Position numbers and translations under genes: made by a program. This document shows, one piece after another, positions 44,972-54,644 of a DNA stretch of 64,000 nucleotides. Source of the DNA: Chloroflexota bacterium (GTDB taxonomy: Bacteria; Chloroflexota; Limnocylindria; P2-11E); the NCBI GenBank assembly GCA_027310565.1, contig DAIDAP010000014.1, positions 3,727-67,726 of the forward strand. Direction: 5' to 3'. Within the stretch, counting starts at the first letter, position 1, and each line of letters opens with the position of its first letter. Below the pieces are notes generated by a model. The model did no database searches and had not been told where the DNA came from. It saw nothing but the letters and a program-made list of their open reading frames with translations.

Positions 44972-45571
44972 GTGGAGTTCCAGGAGGTCGTGCGCCGGCG
45001 GAGGATGGTGCGCAGCTTCGAGGACCGTCCCATCCCCGCCGACCTGGTCCGGCGGATCCTGGCGAACGCGCCGAGGGCGCCGTCGGCCGGCTACAGCCAG
45101 GGCTTCTCGTTCATCGTCTTCGACGGGAAGCCCGAGGTCGCGCGCTTCTGGGAGGTCACCGATCCGGAGCGGCGGAGCGGCTGGAGCGACCTCTACAACG
45201 CGCCGCTCGTGGTCGTGCCGTGCTCGGAGAAGGACGCGTACATCGATCGCTACGCCCGCCCGGACAAGGGCTGGACCGACCGCAGCGAGACCCACTGGCC
45301 CGTGCCGTACTGGGACATCGACACCGCGATGGCGGCCATGGTCGTCCTGCTCACCGCGGTCGATCTCGGGCTGGGGGCGCTGTTCTTCGGGATCTTCCGC
45401 ACGACGGAGTTCAAGCAGGCGTTCGGCGTGCCCGAGCGCGTGACCCCGATCGGCGCGATCGCCGTCGGGTGGCCCAGGGCGACGGACCGGCCGTCGCCGT
45501 CGCTGAAGATCGTCGGCCGGCGTCCGCGCACCGAGGTCATCCATCGTGGCCGGTGGGAGCAGCGGGGGTGA
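44972..45571 (+). CDS. nitroreductase-family protein
   Basis: RRRMVRSFEDRPIPADLVRRILANAPRAPSAGYSQGFSFIVF is the nitroreductase-fold N-terminal FMN-binding block. GTG start. Confidence 0.65.
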   Translation: MEFQEVVRRRRMVRSFEDRPIPADLVRRILANAPRAPSAGYSQGFSFIVFDGKPEVARFWEVTDPERRSGWSDLYNAPLVVVPCSEKDAYIDRYARPDKGWTDRSETHWPVPYWDIDTAMAAMVVLLTAVDLGLGALFFGIFRTTEFKQAFGVPERVTPIGAIAVGWPRATDRPSPSLKIVGRRPRTEVIHRGRWEQRG

Positions 45572-45605
45572 CCGTGGCCGCTCGTGCGCCGCGGGAGGCG
45601 GCGAG

Positions 45606-47525
45606 CTAGCCCGACTCCGCCTCGAACTCCGCGAGCCGCTGGCCGCGGCGCACCTGCTCGCCGACCGACGCGAGCACGCGCTTCACCACACCGTCCGCGG
45701 GCGCCTCCACCCGCAGCTCCATCTTCATCGCCTCGACGACGAACAGCAGGTCGCCCCGCCGCACGCGCCGATCGGCTTCGGTGCACGATGCGATGACCAC
45801 GCCCGGCATCGGCGCCGCGACCTCCGCGCCGCGCGCCAGGTCGACCATGCGCGGCGGCGCGCCGCTCTCGACCTCGAACGTGCGTCCCTCGCAGGCCACC
45901 CAGATCCGCGAGCGCTCGCGAGCGGCGGCGGCCGGCGCGCCGTCCACCGTCCAGCGGTGCGGCTCGCCGTCCCCTCGCGCGATCGTGTGCCCGCCCACGT
46001 CGTACGGACCGCGGCCGCGCACGCGCACGGCGTGCTCCGCCGCGCCGTCGTGGAGCACGACGGTCGTCGCGCGGCCCTCGCCGGTCCGCCAGGCACCCCG
46101 CGCCGTCCACGGGTCGCCCGCGTCGCGCGCCGCGTCGACGACCGCGGCCGCCGCGAGCGCGAGGGCCTGCGGCGTCGCCTGGCGGCCGTCCGGCACGAGG
46201 TGCTCGAACTCGCGCGAGACCAGCTCGGTGTCCACGCGGCCTTTGGCGAACTGGTCGTGCGCGGCGAGCGCGCGCAGGAAGCGCAGGTTGGTGCGCACGC
46301 CGAGCACCTCGGTGTGCGCGAGCGCCTCCTCGAGCTTCGCGAGCGCCAGCTTGCGGTGCGGACCGTACGCGACGAGCTTCGCGATGAGCGGGTCGTAGTG
46401 TCGCGTGACCTCGTTGCCCTCCTCGTACCCCGCGTCGACGCGGACGCCCTCGGGCCAGCCGACGTGGAGCAGCCTGCCGGTCGATGGGAGGAACCCCGCC
46501 TCGACGTCCTCCGCGTAGAGCCGCACCTCGATGGCGTGCCCGCGCGGCGCCGGCTCGCCCAGCGCGAGCCGCTCGCCGAGCGCGACGCGCAGCTGCTGCT
46601 CCACCAGGTCGACGTCCCAGACGACCTCGGTGACGGGATGCTCGACCTGCAGGCGCGCGTTCACCTCGAGGAACCAGAAGTCGTCGTGCTCGTCGACCGC
46701 GAACTCGACCGTCCCCGCGCTCGCGTAGGCGGCCTCGCGCGCGACGGCGATCGCGGCGTCGGCCATGGCCCTGCGCGTGGCATCGCCGATCGACGGCGCC
46801 GGGGTCTCCTCGATGACCTTCTGGTGCCGCCGCTGCGCCGAGCAGTCGCGCTCGCCGAGCGCGACGATCGCGCCCAGCGTGTCCGCGAGGACCTGCACCT
46901 CGACGTGCCTGGGCCGTTCCACGAGGCGCTCGAGCATCAGCCGCTCGTCGGCGAACGACGCCGTGGCGATGCGCCGCGCCTTCGCGAGCGCCTCGGGCAG
47001 CGCGGCCGGCTCGCGCACGCGCTGCATGCCGATGCCGCCGCCGCCGCCGAGGGGCTTCACCATCACCGGGTAGCCGATGCGCTTCGCCGCCTCGCGGAAC
47101 GCCTCGTCGCTCTGGTCGTCGCCCTGGTAGCCCGCGAGGACCGGCACGCCCGCCCGAGTCGCGATCTCCTTCGCCCGCGCCTTGTCTCCGAGCGCCGCGA
47201 GCACGCGCGGCGGCGGGCCCACGAAGCCCATCCCCGCCTCCGCGACGGCGGTCGCGAACGCCGCCGACTCGGCGAGGAAGCCGTAGCCCGGGTGGACGAG
47301 GTCCGCCCCCGCCGCCCGGGCCGCGGCGATGAGGCGTGGGCCGTCGAGGTACGAGCTCGCGGCGGCCGCGGGCCCGAGGTGGAGCGCCGCGTCGGCCTCA
47401 CGCGTGTAGGGCAGCTCCGCGTCGGCGTCGGAGTAGACCGCGATGGTCTTGATCCCGAGCCGCCGCGCCGTCCGCACGATACGCCGCGCGATCTCGCCGC
47501 GGTTCGCGACGAGCAGCGTCGTCAC
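45606..47525 (-). CDS. biotin carboxylase + biotin-carboxyl-carrier subunit of an acyl-CoA carboxylase (methylcrotonyl-CoA carboxylase α-type)
   Basis: Start at a GTG overlapping the crotonase stop (GTGA). LLVANRGEIARRIVRTARRLGI, the ATP-grasp region, and a C-terminal biotinyl domain EAMKMELRVEAP. The track ORF's 190 aa upstream extension is rejected. Confidence 0.85.
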   Translation of the reverse strand: MTTLLVANRGEIARRIVRTARRLGIKTIAVYSDADAELPYTREADAALHLGPAAAASSYLDGPRLIAAARAAGADLVHPGYGFLAESAAFATAVAEAGMGFVGPPPRVLAALGDKARAKEIATRAGVPVLAGYQGDDQSDEAFREAAKRIGYPVMVKPLGGGGGIGMQRVREPAALPEALAKARRIATASFADERLMLERLVERPRHVEVQVLADTLGAIVALGERDCSAQRRHQKVIEETPAPSIGDATRRAMADAAIAVAREAAYASAGTVEFAVDEHDDFWFLEVNARLQVEHPVTEVVWDVDLVEQQLRVALGERLALGEPAPRGHAIEVRLYAEDVEAGFLPSTGRLLHVGWPEGVRVDAGYEEGNEVTRHYDPLIAKLVAYGPHRKLALAKLEEALAHTEVLGVRTNLRFLRALAAHDQFAKGRVDTELVSREFEHLVPDGRQATPQALALAAAAVVDAARDAGDPWTARGAWRTGEGRATTVVLHDGAAEHAVRVRGRGPYDVGGHTIARGDGEPHRWTVDGAPAAAARERSRIWVACEGRTFEVESGAPPRMVDLARGAEVAAPMPGVVIASCTEADRRVRRGDLLFVVEAMKMELRVEAPADGVVKRVLASVGEQVRRGQRLAEFEAESG

Positions 47526-48301
47526 CGTCCCCACCGGGCTCTGCGGCGCTCGAGGAACGCGCGCATGCCCTCCTGCCCTTCCGCCGAGACCCGCAGCGCC
47601 GCGATGCGCTCGACCGTGAGCTCGCGGACCCGTGCGATCGGCAGGCCCGCGACCTCGCGCACCAGCCGCTTCGCCGCGTTCACCGCGTGCGGGCCGCCCG
47701 CGAGGATCGCCTCGACGTGACGCTCCACCTCGGCGTCCAGCTCCGGCGGCGCGGCGACCGCGTCGACGAGGCCGATCTGCAGCGCGCGCGCCGCGTCGCA
47801 CCGGATGCCGCTCACGAACAGCGCCGTCGCGTGCGCCGGTCCGATCCGGCGGACCACGTACGGCGACACGACCGCCGGCACGATGCCGAGGCGCACCTCG
47901 CTGAACGAGAAGACCGCCTCGGTCGAGGCGACCGCGATGTCGGCGACGGCGACGAGCCCGGCGCCCCCTCCGACCGCCGCTCCCTGGACGCGCGCGACGA
48001 CGGGCATGGGCAGCTCGTCGAGCGCCCGGAACAGCTCGGCGAGGGCGCGTGAGTCGGCGACGTTCTCGGCGAGCCCGTAGTCGACCACGCTCTTCATCCA
48101 CTCGAGATCGGCCCCGGCGCAGAACGCGGTGCCCTCGCTCGCGAGCACGACCAGACGCGAGGACAGGTCCACCCGGCCGAGCGCGCCGCGCAGCTCCGCG
48201 ATGACCCGTGCGTCGAACGCGTTCCGACGGTCGGGGCGCGCGATCGTGATGCGCGAGACGCCCCGGTCATCGGCCTCGAGGCGGACGAGCGGCTCGGTCA
48301 T
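47522..48301 (-). CDS. enoyl-CoA hydratase/crotonase-family protein (methylglutaconyl-CoA hydratase-like)
   Basis: ITIARPDRRNAFD...VLASEGTAFCAGADLEWM...VQGAAVGGGAGLVAVADIAVA is the crotonase oxyanion-hole signature. Confidence 0.8.
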   Translation of the reverse strand: MTEPLVRLEADDRGVSRITIARPDRRNAFDARVIAELRGALGRVDLSSRLVVLASEGTAFCAGADLEWMKSVVDYGLAENVADSRALAELFRALDELPMPVVARVQGAAVGGGAGLVAVADIAVASTEAVFSFSEVRLGIVPAVVSPYVVRRIGPAHATALFVSGIRCDAARALQIGLVDAVAAPPELDAEVERHVEAILAGGPHAVNAAKRLVREVAGLPIARVRELTVERIAALRVSAEGQEGMRAFLERRRARWGR

Positions 48302-48376
48302 GCTGGCAGTGTGCCTCGGCCCGGCGTTGACCGCTTCCGCGGCCCGCCGCGCATCAGCCCTGTGGTCGTCCGGCGC

Positions 48377-48787
48377 TCACCGCGCGCCGGGATCGCGCAG
48401 GAGCACGACCAGCTCGCCCTCGGCGACGAGCGTCTCGCGACAGGCGATCCTCGCCGCGAGCGTGACGATCGGCTTCTCGGCCCGCACCGTCGTCACCTCG
48501 AGCGCGGCGTCGATCGTGTCGCCGGGGCGGACCGGCGCGAGGAACCGGACCCGCTGCTCGAGGAGGATGCTCCCCGGCCCGGGCAGGTCCATCCCGAGGA
48601 TGGCGGACAGGAGCGAGGTGGTCAGCGCGCCGTGCGCGATGCGGCCGGCGAAGCCGATGCCGCGCGCGAAGCCGTCGTCGAAGTGCAGCGGGTTGCGGTC
48701 GCCGGAGAGCCGGGCGAAGAGCGCGATGCTCTCGTCCGTGACGGTCATCGAGCGCGTCGCGCGCTCGCCGACGGCGGGAATGCGCAC
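48377..48787 (-). CDS. MaoC-like dehydratase (hotdog fold)
   Basis: ARLSGDRNPLHFDDGFARGIGFAGRIAHGALT is the MaoC motif. Confidence 0.65.
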   Translation of the reverse strand: MRIPAVGERATRSMTVTDESIALFARLSGDRNPLHFDDGFARGIGFAGRIAHGALTTSLLSAILGMDLPGPGSILLEQRVRFLAPVRPGDTIDAALEVTTVRAEKPIVTLAARIACRETLVAEGELVVLLRDPGAR

Positions 48788-48806
48788 CGCCAGAGCGTAG
48801 AACGGG

Positions 48807-49265
48807 TCATGCCGCGTCGTGCTTGAGCGCGTCGAACGCCGCGCAGGCCTCCTCGATGACGGTGCTCGCGACGTCGTCGGCGAGCGAGTAGCGGACGACG
48901 TTGCCGCTCCGCCGGCCGACGACCGCCCCGATCTCGCGCAGCACCCTGAGATGCTGGCTCGTCGCGGACCGGCTGCGGCCGACGACCCGCGCCAGGTCGC
49001 CCGCGGCCAGGGTGTTGTCCGACCGCAGCGCGCGCACGATCTTCACGCGCGTCGGGTCGCACAGCGCGTCGAGGAGCTCGCGCATCCTGCGCTCCTCGCG
49101 CGGGGTGAGCATCTGCCTCTCGGCCGACTCGACCGCGGCCGGGTCGAGGGGCTGGTCCGACCGTTCCTTCTCCATCGAACACTCCATCGGCGCCTGTCGC
49201 GCGCTGCCGCCGTCCATGCAAACGCCGTACCGATTGAGCGCCGGCGCAAGTTGCCCGTTCCGCAC
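48807..49265 (-). CDS. ArsR/SmtB family transcriptional regulator (start codon uncertain)
   Basis: LCDPTRVKIVRAL...LAAGDLARVVGRSRSATSQHLRVLREIGAV is the ArsR winged-HTH. Possible internal starts at MECSMEK or MEKERS. Confidence 0.7.
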   Translation of the reverse strand: MRNGQLAPALNRYGVCMDGGSARQAPMECSMEKERSDQPLDPAAVESAERQMLTPREERRMRELLDALCDPTRVKIVRALRSDNTLAAGDLARVVGRSRSATSQHLRVLREIGAVVGRRSGNVVRYSLADDVASTVIEEACAAFDALKHDAA

Positions 49266-49288
49266 CGCGCAAGCACGCTGCGGCCCGC

Positions 49289-49639
49289 ATGGGCATCCTC
49301 GTCATCGACGACGACACCACGATCGCGGAGCTGATCTGTGCCGTCGTCGAGGACGCGGGGTACGCGTGCGCGACGTGTCATGCCGCCCGCGACCTCCCGA
49401 GCGGTCCCTTCGACGTCGTCATCACCGATCTGCTCGAGACGGCGCCGTACTCCCGCGCCGCGGCCGCCCGATGGCTCGGGAAGCTGGCGGAGCGGTACCC
49501 GGGCACGCCGGTCGTCGTCGTCACCGCACACGCCGGCGCGGCCCGGGACCGCGAGGCGCTCTCGGCATGGCGCGTCATCATGAAGCCGTTCGAGATCGAG
49601 CAGCTCCTCGACGCGATCCGGCAGCTGCCCGCGCGCTGA
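49289..49639 (+). CDS. stand-alone response-regulator receiver domain protein
   Basis: 116 aa, ILVIDDD...DVVITDL...VVVTAHAGA...MKPFEIEQL. It has no output domain. Confidence 0.7.
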   Translation: MGILVIDDDTTIAELICAVVEDAGYACATCHAARDLPSGPFDVVITDLLETAPYSRAAAARWLGKLAERYPGTPVVVVTAHAGAARDREALSAWRVIMKPFEIEQLLDAIRQLPAR

Positions 49640-50493
49640 CGCGTGTCGTCGTCGGCGCGCAGGTCTCGGGCGCGGGCGGCGTCTCGCGCGCCGTCGGGCG
49701 CGCGATCGACATCGGCGCGCGCGCGGTGCAGGTGTTCGTCGATCCGAACCGCCGCTATCCGCGCGCCGAGCTGCCGCTCTCCGAGCTCGACCTGCTCGGC
49801 GCCTCGCTGCGCCAAGCGGGCATGGGCGGGATCGTCCACGTTCCGTACCTCGCGAACGTCGCGACGGCCGACGCCCTGCTGCGCTCGCGATCGATCGAGA
49901 TGGTCGGGCGCGCGCTGCGGGCGGCCGGCCACGCGGGCCTGTCGGCGGTCGTCGTGCACCCCGGCTCGCACCGCGGACGGGGCTTCGAGGCGGTGCGCGA
50001 GGGGCTCGTGCTCGCGCTGGCCGAGGCGGCGCGTGATGCCGCCGTCGACGTCCCGCTGCTCCTCGAGAACACCGCCGGCGCCGGCGGGCACATCGGCGGC
50101 GGCGTCGCCGAGCTGCGCTGGCTCCTCGACGCGCTGGATCGCGCCGGCGTGCGCTGCGGGCTGTGCCTGGATCTCGCCCACGCCCACGCCGAGGGCTGGG
50201 ACCTCGGCCGCGCGAGCGGCGTCGCGGCGCTCGAGCGCGAGTGGCGCGACGCCGGGCTCATCGATCGGGTCGCGCTGGTGCACGCCAACGACTCACGGGC
50301 CGCGGCGGGCTCGCACCGTGACCTGCACGCCAACCCCGGCGAGGGGACCATCGGACGGCGCGGGCTGCGTCTCGTCGGCCGCGTCGCCGAGCTGCGCCGC
50401 GTGCCGTGGATCCTCGAGGTGCCGGGGAAGGAGCGGTCCGGCCCGCGGCGCACCGACGTGCGCCGCCTCGATCACATCCTGAACACGCCGTAG
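49567..50493 (+). CDS. nfo: endonuclease IV (Nfo; xylose-isomerase-like TIM barrel); start codon uncertain
   Basis: Blocks [53 protein letters not shown] and ILEVP match the Nfo metal-ligand motifs. The only in-frame ATG upstream (49567) overlaps the receiver gene by 73 nt. A non-canonical start near 49636-49642 is an alternative. Confidence 0.65.
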   Translation: MARHHEAVRDRAAPRRDPAAARALTRVVVGAQVSGAGGVSRAVGRAIDIGARAVQVFVDPNRRYPRAELPLSELDLLGASLRQAGMGGIVHVPYLANVATADALLRSRSIEMVGRALRAAGHAGLSAVVVHPGSHRGRGFEAVREGLVLALAEAARDAAVDVPLLLENTAGAGGHIGGGVAELRWLLDALDRAGVRCGLCLDLAHAHAEGWDLGRASGVAALEREWRDAGLIDRVALVHANDSRAAAGSHRDLHANPGEGTIGRRGLRLVGRVAELRRVPWILEVPGKERSGPRRTDVRRLDHILNTP

Positions 50494-52055
50494 CGCGGCT
50501 GGCCGATCGGCGCGTGGCGCGCCGCGGCGATCCCCAGGGCGAGGACCGTGCGCGTGTCGAGCGGGTCGATGACCCCGTCGTCCCAGAGCCGCGCGGTGGA
50601 GTAGTACGGCGAGCCCTGCGTCTCGTACTGCTCGCGGATCTTCGCCTGGAAGCGCCCGCGCTCCTCCTCGCTCTGGAACGTCCCGACCATGGACAGGACC
50701 GTCGCGGCCTGCTCGCCGCCCATCACGCTGATGCGGGCGTTCGGCCACATCCAGAGCTGGCGGGGCTGATACGCGCGGCCGGCCATGCCGTAGTTCCCCG
50801 CGCCGAAGCTCCCGCCGACGATGACCGTGAACTTCGGGACCACGCTGCAGGCGACCGCGGTGACCATCTTCGCGCCGTCCTTCGCGATGCCGCCGCTCTC
50901 GTACTCCCGGCCGACCATGAACCCGGAGACGTTCTGGAGGAACACCAGCGGGATGCCGCGCTGGTCGCAGAGCTCGATGAAGTGCGCCGCCTTGAGCGCC
51001 GACTCGCTGAAGAGGACGCCGTTGTTGGCGACGATGCCGACGCGGAAGCCCTCGATCCGCGCGAAGCCGCACAGGATGGTCGTGCCGTAGAGCGCCTTGA
51101 ACTCGTGGAGCTCCGAGCGGTCGACCAGGCGCGCGACGATCTCGTGGGCGTCCACCTGCGTGCGGATGTCGCGCGGGATCGCGGCGTAGAGGTCGCCCGG
51201 GTCGAGCGCGGGAGGCTCGGGTGCGGCGCGGTCGCCCTCCCAGAGGATCGGCCGGTCGAGCTGCGCGACCATGTCGCGCGCGATCTCGATCGCGTGCTGG
51301 TCGTTCAGCGCCAGGTGGTCCGCCACGCCGGACACGCGCGTGTGCACGTCCGCGCCGCCGAGCTCCTCCGCGGTGACGTCGACGCCCGTCGCGGCCTTCA
51401 CCAGCGGTGGCCCGCCGATGAAGATCGTCCCCTGACCCTTCACGATGACCGTCTCGTCGCTCATCGCCGGGACGTAGGCGCCGCCCGCGGTGCACGAGCC
51501 CATCACGAGGGCGAGCTGCGGCACGCCGGCGGCCGAGAGGCGCGCCTGGTTGTAGAAGATGCGCCCGAAGTGGTCGCGGTCCGGGAACACCTCGTCCTGC
51601 CGCGGCAGGAACGCGCCGCCGGAGTCGACGAGGTAGACGCACGGGAGCCGGTTCTCGAGCGCGATCTCCTGCGCGCGCAGGTGCTTCTTCACCGTGAGGG
51701 GGTAGTACGACCCGCCCTTCACCGTCGCGTCGTTCGCGACGATCACGCAGGTCACGCCGCTCACGCGCCCGACGCCGGTGATGAGCCCCGCACCGGGGGC
51801 CTCGTCGTCGTACAGGCCGGTGGCGGCGAGCGGCGAGAGCTCGAGGAACGCGCTCCCCGGATCGAGGAGCCGCTCGACGCGGTCGCGCGGCAGCAGCTTC
51901 CCGGCCGCGACGTGGCGCTGGCGCGCGCGCTCGGGACCGCCCAGCCGCGCCCGCGCGAGGCGCTCGCGGAGGTCGGCGACGAGGTCGCGCATCGCCTCGC
52001 GGCTCTCCCGCGCGGGCGCGCTCGTCGTGTCGAGCGTGCTCGTCAGGACCGGCAC
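50472..52055 (-). CDS. carboxyltransferase (β) subunit of an acyl-CoA carboxylase (methylcrotonyl-CoA carboxylase β-type)
   Basis: 527 aa with both CoA-carboxyltransferase halves ([19 protein letters not shown]...; ...[21 protein letters not shown]...[11 protein letters not shown]). Confidence 0.85.
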   Translation of the reverse strand: MPVLTSTLDTTSAPARESREAMRDLVADLRERLARARLGGPERARQRHVAAGKLLPRDRVERLLDPGSAFLELSPLAATGLYDDEAPGAGLITGVGRVSGVTCVIVANDATVKGGSYYPLTVKKHLRAQEIALENRLPCVYLVDSGGAFLPRQDEVFPDRDHFGRIFYNQARLSAAGVPQLALVMGSCTAGGAYVPAMSDETVIVKGQGTIFIGGPPLVKAATGVDVTAEELGGADVHTRVSGVADHLALNDQHAIEIARDMVAQLDRPILWEGDRAAPEPPALDPGDLYAAIPRDIRTQVDAHEIVARLVDRSELHEFKALYGTTILCGFARIEGFRVGIVANNGVLFSESALKAAHFIELCDQRGIPLVFLQNVSGFMVGREYESGGIAKDGAKMVTAVACSVVPKFTVIVGGSFGAGNYGMAGRAYQPRQLWMWPNARISVMGGEQAATVLSMVGTFQSEEERGRFQAKIREQYETQGSPYYSTARLWDDGVIDPLDTRTVLALGIAAARHAPIGQPRYGVFRM

Positions 52056-52429
52056 GACCGCGATGCTATGCGGATGCGCGCGCGGGTGCCGCCGCGCCCG
52101 ATGTACGGCGCCCGCCCCTCACCGCGACGGGACCTTCGGCCTCCCTCCAGGTGCCGCTCGGGGCTCCACGGCCGCGACCGCGCGCGCATCGTCGAGAGAG
52201 ACGCCGCGGGAGGTCGAACATGACAACACCCGTCATCCACGCGACGCCGCGTCCCCAGGGCGCGCACAGCGTCGCGCGGCCGCTGCCGCCTCCGCCGCGC
52301 GCGCGGCAGGCATCGCCGGACTCGCGCCGCCCGCTCGATCGCCTCGGCCGGGCGCTGGAGCAGTGGATCTCCGAGCTCCCGCTGGGCAGCACGGAGGCCG
52401 GCGACTAGGGCGACCTACCATCGCCTCCC

Positions 52430-53119
52430 GTGGACGTGGACGTTCGCGCCGCGGTCGAGCGGAGCTTCCTCGCGGCCCTGCCGGCGGCCGCGCTCGATCG
52501 CCTGCTCGCCGGGGCCACGGCCGAGGACGTCGCCGCGGGCACGCTGACCTACCGGGGCGGGCGCGAGCCGCGGCCCGCGCTCATCGTGCGCGGGCTCATG
52601 CGGACGTACTTCGCCGGCCACGACGGCCGCCAGGCCACCGTCCGCTACGCGCGCGAGGGCGACGTCCTGGGTGTCGTGGCCGCCGCCGGCGGGCCGGCCC
52701 CGCTCAACTCGCAGGCGCTCACGGACACGAAGCTGCTACGGCTCGACGCGGAGGTGCTGCGCGACCTCGCGCGCCAGGATGTCGAGGTCGCGTTCGCGCT
52801 CGTCGAGGAGCTCACGCAGACCGTGTACGCGCTGTGGCACGAGATCGCGGCGGCGGCCTTCGCGACCGTCCCGCAGCGCGTCGCCCGGCACCTGCTGGAG
52901 ATCGCCGCGCGCGAGCAGCAGAGCGAGGGCGACGCGCTCGTCGCGCACGTGTCGCAGCAGGAGCTCGCCGATCTCGCCGGGACCGTCCGCGAGGTGGTCG
53001 CGCGGGCGCTGCGCGAGCTGCGCGACGACGGCGTCGTGCGCGTCGGCCGGCAGGGCATCGTCGTGACCGATCCCGCTTCGCTCGCGGCCCGCGCCTGGCC
53101 GCGTGACGGAGGTCACTGA
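52430..53119 (+). CDS. Crp/Fnr-family transcriptional regulator
   Basis: cNMP-binding-like β-roll, then a C-terminal HTH (VSQQELADLAGTVREVVARALRELRDDGVV). GTG start. Confidence 0.7.
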   Translation: MDVDVRAAVERSFLAALPAAALDRLLAGATAEDVAAGTLTYRGGREPRPALIVRGLMRTYFAGHDGRQATVRYAREGDVLGVVAAAGGPAPLNSQALTDTKLLRLDAEVLRDLARQDVEVAFALVEELTQTVYALWHEIAAAAFATVPQRVARHLLEIAAREQQSEGDALVAHVSQQELADLAGTVREVVARALRELRDDGVVRVGRQGIVVTDPASLAARAWPRDGGH

Positions 53120-53163
53120 CCGGGCCACCACCACCGGCGACACTGGACGCGCCAGGAGGACCG

Positions 53164-54441
53164 TTGCTCGACGCGCTGCGCTTCCGCGACTTCCGCTACT
53201 TCTGGGCCGGCTTGACCGTCTCCAGCATCGGCGCGTGGATGCAGGTCTTCGCCCTGGGCATCCTCGTCGTGCAGATCGCCGAGCGCGACGGCGTGCCGGA
53301 GCTGGCGCCGCTGTACCTCGGGCTCATGGGCCTCGCGCGCGCCGTCCCCGGTCTCCTGTTCACGCTCGTCGCCGGCGCGGTCGCCGACCGGGTCGATCGC
53401 CGCGGGCTGCTGCTCGCCACGCAGTCGATCATGGCGCTCAACGCCGGCGTGCTCGCCGTGCTCGCGTTCCTCGGCGCGGCGGCGCTCTGGAGCGTGCTCC
53501 TCGCCGCGACGATCCAGTCGGCCGCTTTCGCCTTCGACAATCCCTCGCGCCAGTCGATGGTGCCGCGTATCGTCCCCATGCCGTTCCTGCCGAGCGCGAT
53601 CGGCCTGCAGTCCGCGGCGTTCAACGGCGCGTCGATCGTCGGTCCGGTCGTCGCCGGCGCGCTCTACGTCCCGATCGGCATCCCCGGCCTGCTCGCCGCC
53701 AACGCGCTCTCGTTCGCCGCCATCCTCGGCGCGCTCGCCGTGCTCCCGGCGATCCCGACGAGCGGGACGCCGACGCGCTCGCTCCTCGCGAGCGTGGGCG
53801 AAGGCGCGCGCTACGTGCGCGCGAATGCCGTGCTGGTGTGGATCCTCGTCCTGTCGGGCACCCTGTTCGTCGCCGCCGGCCCGACCAGCGCGCTCCTGCC
53901 AGCCGTCGCCGGCGACACCTTCTGGAACGGCATGAGCCTGCTGTCGCTGCTCCTCACCGCGATGGGCGCGGGCGCGTTCGCCGCGGCGCTCGTGGTCATG
54001 AACGTCCGCCGCGTCCGGTCGCTCGGGAGCGTGTTCACGCTCGCCGCGATGCTCAACGGCGGCGCGCTCGTGCTGTTCGCGCTCTCGAACGCGCCGGAGC
54101 TGGGGCTCCTGTTCGCGCTCCTGACCGGATTCGGGGGCACGCTCCTGGCCGGGATGGGGAACAACATGCTGCAGGCGACGACCGACGACGCGTACCGCGG
54201 ACGCGTGATGAGCGTCTGGGCTTTCCTCTTCATCGGTCTGATGCCGGTCGGCCAGCTCGCGCTCGGCGCGCTCGGCTCGCTGCTGGGCATCCGTGCCGCC
54301 CTCGCGCTCGGCGGCGCCGTCGCGTTCGCGGCGGGGCTGTACGCGCGCGTGCGCGTGCCCGCGCTGAGCGCGTGGCGAGCGCCCTCGCACGTTGGGGCGA
54401 TCGCCCAGACGGCGGCGGTCAGGCGGCCGACGTTCCGGTAG
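53164..54441 (+). CDS. MFS transporter
   Basis: 425 aa, 12 TM. FRDFRYFWAGLTVSSIGAWMQVFALGILV is the typical N-terminus of the MFS_3/DHA3-like subfamily. Confidence 0.8.
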   Translation: MLDALRFRDFRYFWAGLTVSSIGAWMQVFALGILVVQIAERDGVPELAPLYLGLMGLARAVPGLLFTLVAGAVADRVDRRGLLLATQSIMALNAGVLAVLAFLGAAALWSVLLAATIQSAAFAFDNPSRQSMVPRIVPMPFLPSAIGLQSAAFNGASIVGPVVAGALYVPIGIPGLLAANALSFAAILGALAVLPAIPTSGTPTRSLLASVGEGARYVRANAVLVWILVLSGTLFVAAGPTSALLPAVAGDTFWNGMSLLSLLLTAMGAGAFAAALVVMNVRRVRSLGSVFTLAAMLNGGALVLFALSNAPELGLLFALLTGFGGTLLAGMGNNMLQATTDDAYRGRVMSVWAFLFIGLMPVGQLALGALGSLLGIRAALALGGAVAFAAGLYARVRVPALSAWRAPSHVGAIAQTAAVRRPTFR

Positions 54442-54455
54442 AATCGTTCGCGTCA

Positions 54456-54529
54456 GACCCCGTAGCTCAGTGGATCAGAGCGACAGGTTGCGGACCTGTA
54501 GGTCGGAGGTTCGAGTCCTCTCGGGGTCG
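54456..54529 (+). tRNA. tRNA-Arg, anticodon read as GCG
   Basis: Acceptor GACCCCG pairs with CGGGGTC. D-arm GCTC-AGTGGATCAGA-GAGC has an A at the Arg-identity position 20. Anticodon stem ACAGG/CCTGT encloses loop TTGCGGA. T-arm GGAGG-TTCGAGT-CCTCT. Discriminator G. Confidence 0.7.
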
Positions 54530-54549
54530 CGGTCACCATCGGTGTCGAC

Positions 54550-54623
54550 GACCCCGTAGCTCAGTGGATCAGAGCAGCACCCTTCGAAGGTGTTGGTCGC
54601 GCGTTCGAATCGCGCCGGGGTCG
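54550..54623 (+). tRNA. tRNA-Arg, anticodon read as TCG
   Basis: The 5' 25 nt (acceptor strand and D-arm) are identical to the upstream tRNA. Anticodon stem GCACC/GGTGT encloses loop CTTCGAA. T-arm GCGCG-TTCGAAT-CGCGC. Same acceptor 3' strand and G discriminator. Confidence 0.7.
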
Positions 54624-54644
54624 CCGATCAGCCGGACCGCTCCG

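Noticed and set aside
40617-45544. 1152-aa and 727-aa minus-strand ORFs antisense to the BNR-repeat protein and HMG-CoA lyase
   Set aside because: Low-complexity composition with no motifs. The sense-strand genes are well supported.
45546-47720. 724-aa plus-strand ORF opposite the biotin carboxylase gene
   Set aside because: Arg/Ala/Glu-rich antisense translation. The minus-strand gene carries ATP-grasp and biotinyl (AMKM) motifs.
52151-52408. Possible small ORF (MTTPVIHATPRPQG..., about 62 aa) in the 375-bp gap upstream of the carboxyltransferase gene, with a GGAGGTCGAAC sequence before an ATG at 52220
   Set aside because: Pro/Arg-rich and unconserved-looking. There is not enough evidence to call it a gene. 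The gap more likely holds the promoters for the divergent MCC β and Crp genes.
53113-54390. 425-aa minus-strand ORF opposite the MFS transporter
   Set aside because: Charged low-complexity sequence (runs of R/E/D/H). The plus strand encodes a clean 12-TM protein.
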